Part shown: piece after piece, positions 57,655 through 64,000 of the stretch | Numbering within the stretch: the stretch's first letter is position 1 | How the letters are laid out: each line of letters begins with the position of its first letter | Assembly: GCF_963921235.1 (NCBI RefSeq) | Contig: NC_086097.1 | Location: 244,530,001-244,594,000, forward strand | From: Mobula hypostoma | Taxonomy: Eukaryota | Length of the DNA stretch: 64,000 nucleotides | Reading direction: 5' to 3' | Notes under the pieces: generated by a model | Told to the model about the DNA's origin: nothing | Databases searched by the model: none | The model's input: only the letters and a program-made list of their open reading frames with translations | Position numbers and translations under genes: made by a program

Positions 57655-57887
57655 AACACAAGAAAATCTGCAGATGCTGGAAAACCAAGCAACACAAAAT
57701 GCTGGAGGAACTCAGCAGGCTAGGCAGCATCTATGGAAAAGAGTAAACTAGTTTAACCAATTTCCCCGGGGATCAATAAAGTATGACTATGACTATGACT
57801 ATGACTATGACTATGACTATGACTATGACTATGACTATGACTATGGCTAAACAGTCAACGTTTTGGGCTGAGATCCTTCATCAGGAA
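57655..57887 (-). mobile_element. Penelope-like terminus interrupted by a LINE tail with (ATGACT)n
   Basis: pLTR sequence split at TSD TAAAC (57744-57748, 57848-57852); hammerhead core has GAAA changed to AAAA. Confidence 0.7.
57783..57842 (+). repeat. (ATGACT)10 hexanucleotide repeat
   Basis: Ten perfect units after ccaatttccccggggatcaataaagt. Confidence 0.95.
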
Positions 57888-59379
57888 TCAGGCTTTCAGT
57901 GGGATATTGTCTCGTCTTTCGTGCTAGACTACTTCATCCTGTGATTAATCAATCTGGAGGATCATTCCTTCTATTAAGTTAATAGTAATTTCCTCACTGT
58001 ATATTCTCAAAGAAATACAGATGTAAACCATCTTTGTATGTGGCAATCTCTAAACATCGGCTCAAATGCTAGGCACTGTCCATTTTTCTTTTCTGAGAGA
58101 GCTGTTTTTAATCCTCTGAGTACCACAGATCCAAAGACTTACTTGGCAGTTTTATAAGATTGATCTGTCACATGTAGATCAAAACATAAAATGAAATGCA
58201 ATGTTTGCGTCAACAACCAACACAGGCTGAGGACAGCCCATAAGTGTCACCATGCTTCTGGCACTAACATAACATGTTCATGACTTACTAACCCTACCCA
58301 CATACCTTTGGAATGTGGGAGGAAACACATACAGAAGGTTGTCCAAGGATAGAGCTAGATATAGATCAGTTAGAAAGCTGGATGGTGTTGGTAGATGAAA
58401 ATTAAGTACTACAGGTGCAAGGCGATGCATTCTAGGAAGTCAAAAAGGGACAGGGCATGAACAGTAAATGGTGGGAAATGTTAATGAAGAGGGCCCCAGA
58501 GTTCAAATCATTCAAAGTGGCAACATAGGTGAATAGGATGGTGAAGGCGGCATATGGCATCTTGCCTTTATAAGTCCGGGCACAGAGCAAGGGTATGGAA
58601 TGTTACGCCCAAGTGCAGGTCAATGGAACTAGGCAGGATAATAGATCATCATGGACTAGGTGAGCTGATAGGCCTGTTTTTGTGCTGTAGTGTTCTATGA
58701 CTCCTGTAATTCAAAACTAATATCAGTTGTGAATGGCACAATAAACTGATGCATTTAGGAATATTGATGAGGTTCAGATATAAACCACGAAAGATAGGGT
58801 CTAACAAAGTATTGAGAAGCAGAGGAACCCTGGCGTATAAGTCCAAAGATTCTTGAAGATGCAACACACACAAAATGCTGGAGGAACTTAGCAGGATGAG
58901 CGGCATCTATGGAAAAGAGTAAACATTTGACCTTTCAGGCTACGACCCTTTATCTGGATTCCTAGCATCTGCAGATTTTCTCTTGCTTGTGATTCTTGAG
59001 GAAGACAGGTAGGTAATACAGTTAAAATGACATATGGCATACCAGTGTTTGTCAGTAAGGGCACTGAATGCAAGGCTAGGGAGGGTATGCTTCAACTTTA
59101 TAATGCAGTTCTGGTCACCACACTACAAGAAAGATGTGCTACCACTGGAGTAGGAACAAAGGAGCTTCACCGGAATAAAGCTTGGAATGGTGCATTTTAT
59201 TTGAGAGGCGACCTGAAAGACGAGCTTTGCTTTCCATGCAGTAGCCAAGTTTAAGAAAGGATATGAATGAGAATTATAAAATTATTATTTTATAATAACC
59301 CTAGGTAATTTCTCAGGTAAAGACATGTTCGGCACAGCTTTGTACTGTGCTGTAGGTTTTCTATGTTTCTATATGGTGT

Positions 59380-61222
59380 ACATAGAAACATAGAAAATAG
59401 GTGCAGGAGTAGGCCATTCGGCCCTTCGAGCCTGCACCGCTATTTATTATGATCATGGCTGATCATCCAACTCAGAACCCTGCACCAGCCTTCCCTCCAT
59501 ACCCTCTGATCCCCCTAGCCACAAGGGCCATATCTAACTCCCTCTTAAATATAGCCAATGAACTGGCCTCAACTGTTTCCTGTGGCAGAGAATTCCACAG
59601 ATTCACCACTCTCTGTGTGAAGAAGTTTTTCCTAATCTCAGTCTTAAAAGGCTTCACCTTTATCCTCAAACTGTGACCCCTCGTTCTGGACTTCCCCAAC
59701 ATCGGGAACAATCTTCCTGCATCTAGCCTGTCCAATCCCTTTACGATTTTATACGTTTCAATCAGATCCCCTCTCAATCTTCTAAATTCCAACGAGTACA
59801 AGCCTAGTTCATCCAGTCTTTCTTCATATGAAAGTCCTGCCATCCCAGGAATCAATCTGGTGAACCTTCTTTGTACTCCCTCTATGGCAAGGATGTCTTT
59901 CCTCAGATTAGGGGACCAAAACTGCACACAATACTCCAGGTGTGGTCTCACCAAGGCCTTGTACAACTGCAGTAGTACCTCCCTGCTCCTGTACTCGAAT
60001 CCTCTTGCTATAAATGCCAGCATACCATTCGCTTTTTTCACCGCCTGCTGTACCTGCATGCCCACTTTCAATGACTGGTGTATAATGACACCCAGGTCTC
60101 GTTGCACCTCCCCTTTTCCTAATCGGCCACCATTCAGATAATAATCTGTTTTCATATTTTTGCCACCAAAGTAGATAACTTCACATTTATCCACATTAAG
60201 TTGCATCTGCCATGAATTTGCCCACTCACCCAACCTATCCAAGTCACCCTGCATTCTCTTAGCATCCTCCTCACAGCTAACATTGCCGCCCAGCTTCGTG
60301 TCATCCGCAAACTTGGAGATGCTGCATTTAATTCCCTCATCCAAGTCATTAATATATATTGTAAACAACTGGGGTCCCAGCACTGAGCCTTGCGATACCC
60401 CACTCGTCACTGCCTGCCATTCTGAAAAGGTCCCGTTTATTCCCACTCTTTGCTTCCTGTCTGCTAACCAATTCTCTATCCACATCAATACCTTACCCCC
60501 AATACCGTGTGCTTTAAGTTTGCACACTAATCTCCTGTGTGGGACCTTGTCAAAAGCCTTTTGAAAATCCAAATATACCACGTCCACTGGTTCTCCCCTA
60601 TCCACTCTACTAGTTACATCCTCAAAAAATTCTATGAGATTCGTCAGACATGATTTTCCTTTCAAAAATCCATGCTGACTGTCCGATGATTTCACCGCTT
60701 TCCAAATGTGCTGTTATCACATCTTTGATAACTGACTCCAGCAGTTTCCCCATCACCGACGTTAGGCTAACCGGTCTATAATTCCCCGGTTTCTCTCTCC
60801 CTCCTTTTTTAAAAAGTGGGGTTACATTAGCCACCCTCCAATCCTCAGGAACTAGTCCAGAATCTAATGAGTTTTGAAAAATTATCACTAATGCATGCAC
60901 TATTTCTTGGGCTACTTCCTTAAGCACTCTGGGATGCAGACCATCTGGCCCTGGGGATTTATCTGCCTTCAATCCCTTCAATTTACCTAACACCACTTCC
61001 CTACTAACATGTATTTTGCTCAGTTCCTCCATCTCACTGGACCCTCTGTCCCCTACTATTTCTGGAAGATTATTTATGTCCTCCTTAGTGAAGACAGACC
61101 CAAAGTAGTTATTCAATTGGTCTGCCATGTCCTTGTTCCCCATGATCAATTCACCTGTTTCTGACTGTAGGGGACCTACATTTGTCTTTACCAGTCTTTT
61201 CCTTTTTACATATCTATAAAAG
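59380..61222 (-). mobile_element. CR1 LINE, 5'-truncated, largely intact RT (201-aa and 407-aa ORFs)
   Basis: [51 protein letters not shown]; (ATAGAAAC)n-type tail. Confidence 0.95.
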
Positions 61223-62814
61223 CACAATTAAGGACAGCAGAAAACATTTTCCCATAAAGAAAAATAAAAATAAGAGGACACAGATTTAGGGCAAGAGGTA
61301 AAAAAAAAACCCACAGGTGATCTGAAAGGGGACACTTTCACGCAGAGTACCTAGAATACAATGCCTGAGAGACTGGTGGAAGCAGAGCTTCTCTTAAACG
61401 TTGAAATCGAACTCGCATGCTCCATTTGTGCTGGCAGCTCATTCCACACTCTCACAACCCTCTGAGTGAAAAAGTTTCCCCTTAAACTTCTCACCTTTCA
61501 CCTTTAACCCATGACCTCTGGTTGTAGTCCCACCCAACCGCAGTGGAAAAAGCCTGCTTGCATTTACCCTATCTATACCCCTCATAATTTTGTCTACCTC
61601 TCTATCAAATCTCCTCTCAATCTTCTACTGTGCATCAAGTTCAAAAACTTCAAAGTGAATTTATTGTCAAAGTACATATATGCTACCATGTTGTAAATGT
61701 AATTTTGCTGGATCAAATAACAACAGCACAAAAAGATCGTTACTTATCTTTCCACCCGTTTATTTCCTCGAGCTCAGCCGGCAAGTGAACTTAGACCCGA
61801 CATCAGGGAGAGACCCTTTCTCAACTCCCCGGCGGTTCTACAAGTTCACTGCCCGATGTCAGAATTGTCAGATGTTATAAGGCCACCAAGACAAAAGAAC
61901 AATCAGTTTGATAACCATTCTGGTCAAGTCAATGGATTATTGATACAAAACTACAATCAATTTGTTAGACACTCCAGCCACCTTAATGAAAGAAAGGAAT
62001 GTCCTACCTGGTTTGCTGGAGCCACAATTTAATCACAAAGTTAAGAACATCCGTCAAATTTGTGCTTTAATTAAGAAAGGAATGTTCTGTCTAATTTCCA
62101 TCAGGTACTGCTTTTAGTCAAAATCAAAAGGTGTGAAAAGCCCTGACATCTTATGTGGATCTGGGCAAACTTGAATTATCTTGCTCTAAAGAAGGCAGAT
62201 GTGAGATATTATCCAAACACACTGCAGTCACAGACATAGTTAGTACTTAGTCCATTGTTTACAGGAATCTGAGAATCCCCCATTCCCTTAAACTTTATCA
62301 ATGTTGTACCTTTTTGTTGAAGGCATTTGCAAGAAAAATAAAGAAATACAACAGAACACATGATAAACTATACATAAAGACTGTCAAACAACCAAAGTTC
62401 AAAAGAAGACAATTGTGCAAATAGAATAAATAATACAGAGAATATGAGTTGTAAAGAAGTCAGCAGGTTGGTGTGGACATGTTGGGCTTCAATGTTGTAT
62501 GGCATTATGATTCTGTGAATAAGCACATGTTCTCCTTGCAAGTGCACAGGAAGTATTGCAAGTCATGCCATAATTAGTCATTGCCACATGCTTCCATACC
62601 AGTTCCATAATACTGTAATGAAATGTTTAAAACTCAACAGAGATAGCATTTCAGGTCAGACCCTTCATCAGGACTGTTCAATTATAATGCTTACAGTAAA
62701 TAAAGTAAAATAAATCAAATAAAAATAATTGTTGCAGCGAAAGTCCGCCTATCAAAGGATTCAAATTCTAATCATCTGGTTACAATAAAAATAATAACAC
62801 AAGGAATTCCCTGG

Positions 62815-63108
62815 ACAGAAATGACTAATACAAGGCAGCATAGTTTTAGAATGATTGAAGGAAAGTATAACGGAATGTCAGAAGTAAATTTTTATTTTAA
62901 ACAGAGATGGTATGCCCTGTCAGGGGTGATGGGCGAGGCAGATACATTAGAGTCATTTAAGAAACTCTTAGATAGGTACATGGATGATAGAAAAAAGGAG
63001 GGCTATGTAGGAGGGAAGAGATAGATTGATTTTCGAGTAGGTTAAAAGTCAGCACAACATTATGGGCCAAAGGGCCTGGACTGTGCTGCAATGGTCTATG
63101 TTCTATGA
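62815..63108 (+). mobile_element. CR1 3' fragment
   Basis: EADTLESFKKLLDRYMD and typical 3' UTR. Confidence 0.75.
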
Positions 63109-64000
63109 AATAGGAGCTAGAGAACACCTTGAGTCCTCAAGTCTGCCCAGCCATTTAGTGTTTGATCTGCCCCAGGAGTCAAAGCCTCGTCTATGCCAAT
63201 TCCACAAAACCTTCAATTCCCGGTCCTTATCAACCTCCTTTTCAAATAGCTCATCTACACAGCTATGATCAATGGGTATGATGGTGTTGCTGCAGCAATG
63301 CAACTTCATAAATCCGTTTATTGTTGTTACATGTACTGAGGTGCAGTGAAAAACCGGTCTTGTACTCCGTTCATACAGGTCAATTCATTGTGTCATTGCA
63401 CTGAGGTAGTGCAGTTGGAAACAATGACAGAATGCACAATTACAGGCTACCCAGATGCAATATGAGATGTTGCTCCTCCAAACAGAGTCTGGCCTCATTG
63501 TAGAAGTAGGGAAGGCCATAGGCAAACAATTAGTTATCTAACTTCCTTTAATTTCTTCCCCTCCCACCTTCTCTCTTTTTCCATTCCCCATTCTGGCTCC
63601 TGTCTTACAGTTTTTCTCCCCACCTGCCTATCACCTTCCTTTGGTTCCCCTCCTCCCTTGCTTTCTCCCATCCTCTCCACTCCTCTCCTCCTCTTCCTTC
63701 TTCTTCAGCCCTTTAACTCTTCCATCGATCACCTCTACTTCTTACTTCACCCCCTCCCCCACCCACCCAGCTTCATCCTCAAAGTAAATTTATTAAAGTA
63801 TATGTATGTCACCATATACAAGCATGAAGTTCATTTTCTTTCAGGGATATTGAATAAATCCAATAACCAGAACAAAATCAATGAAAGATAATACCAACAA
63901 GGTGTCAGTGTGCAGAAGACAAACAGAGCAAATACAAAAAAAAGAAAAAATTAAAGTAATAATAATAAATAAATAAGCAATAAATATCAAGAACATAAGA

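Noticed and set aside
57783..57842. CRISPR array or telomere-like repeat
   Set aside because: Uninterrupted hexamer without spacers, not TTAGGG, and attached to a LINE-like tail.
61780..61860. HDV-like ribozyme
   Set aside because: The crossing helices are present, but P2 is not adjacent to a P3 and the L3/P1.1 pattern does not fit; kept only as a generic hairpin.
62640..62677. Intact sense-strand hammerhead
   Set aside because: CTGATGA and GAAA are present on the minus strand, but GAAA is followed by TGCTATC, so the ACGU stem III, GUC site and stem I pairing are lost.

Overview
Vertebrate nuclear DNA; the repeat repertoire (CR1, Rex/Babar, Penelope-like, Tc1, tRNA-SINEs) suggests a cartilaginous fish, probably a ray (inference). 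The whole window lies inside one minus-strand gene, PDCD6IP (ALIX). Coding exons 2-10 are present and splice in frame (55, 70, 128, 154, 101, 117, 223, 124 and 178 nt); I did not find exon 1 or exon 11+, so they probably lie outside. The introns are packed with nested transposable elements. Highlights: (i) Penelope-like termini carrying minimal type I hammerhead ribozyme motifs, including a TSD-flanked tandem pair with intact cores 288 nt apart (16714-17111); (ii) an alternative acceptor adding YFYFQ at exon 7, matching a human ALIX isoform as I recall it; (iii) a non-canonical GC donor at exon 10; (iv) a possible in-frame 33-nt microexon or promoter-motif cluster before exon 9; (v) a Sleeping Beauty-like Tc1 derivative; (vi) a Gmr1-like Gypsy element with a tRNA-Pro PBS and mosaic LTRs; (vii) a Hero-type RLE retrotransposon fragment. 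Family assignments come from recalled motifs, not database searches, and repeat boundaries without a stated TSD or TIR are approximate.
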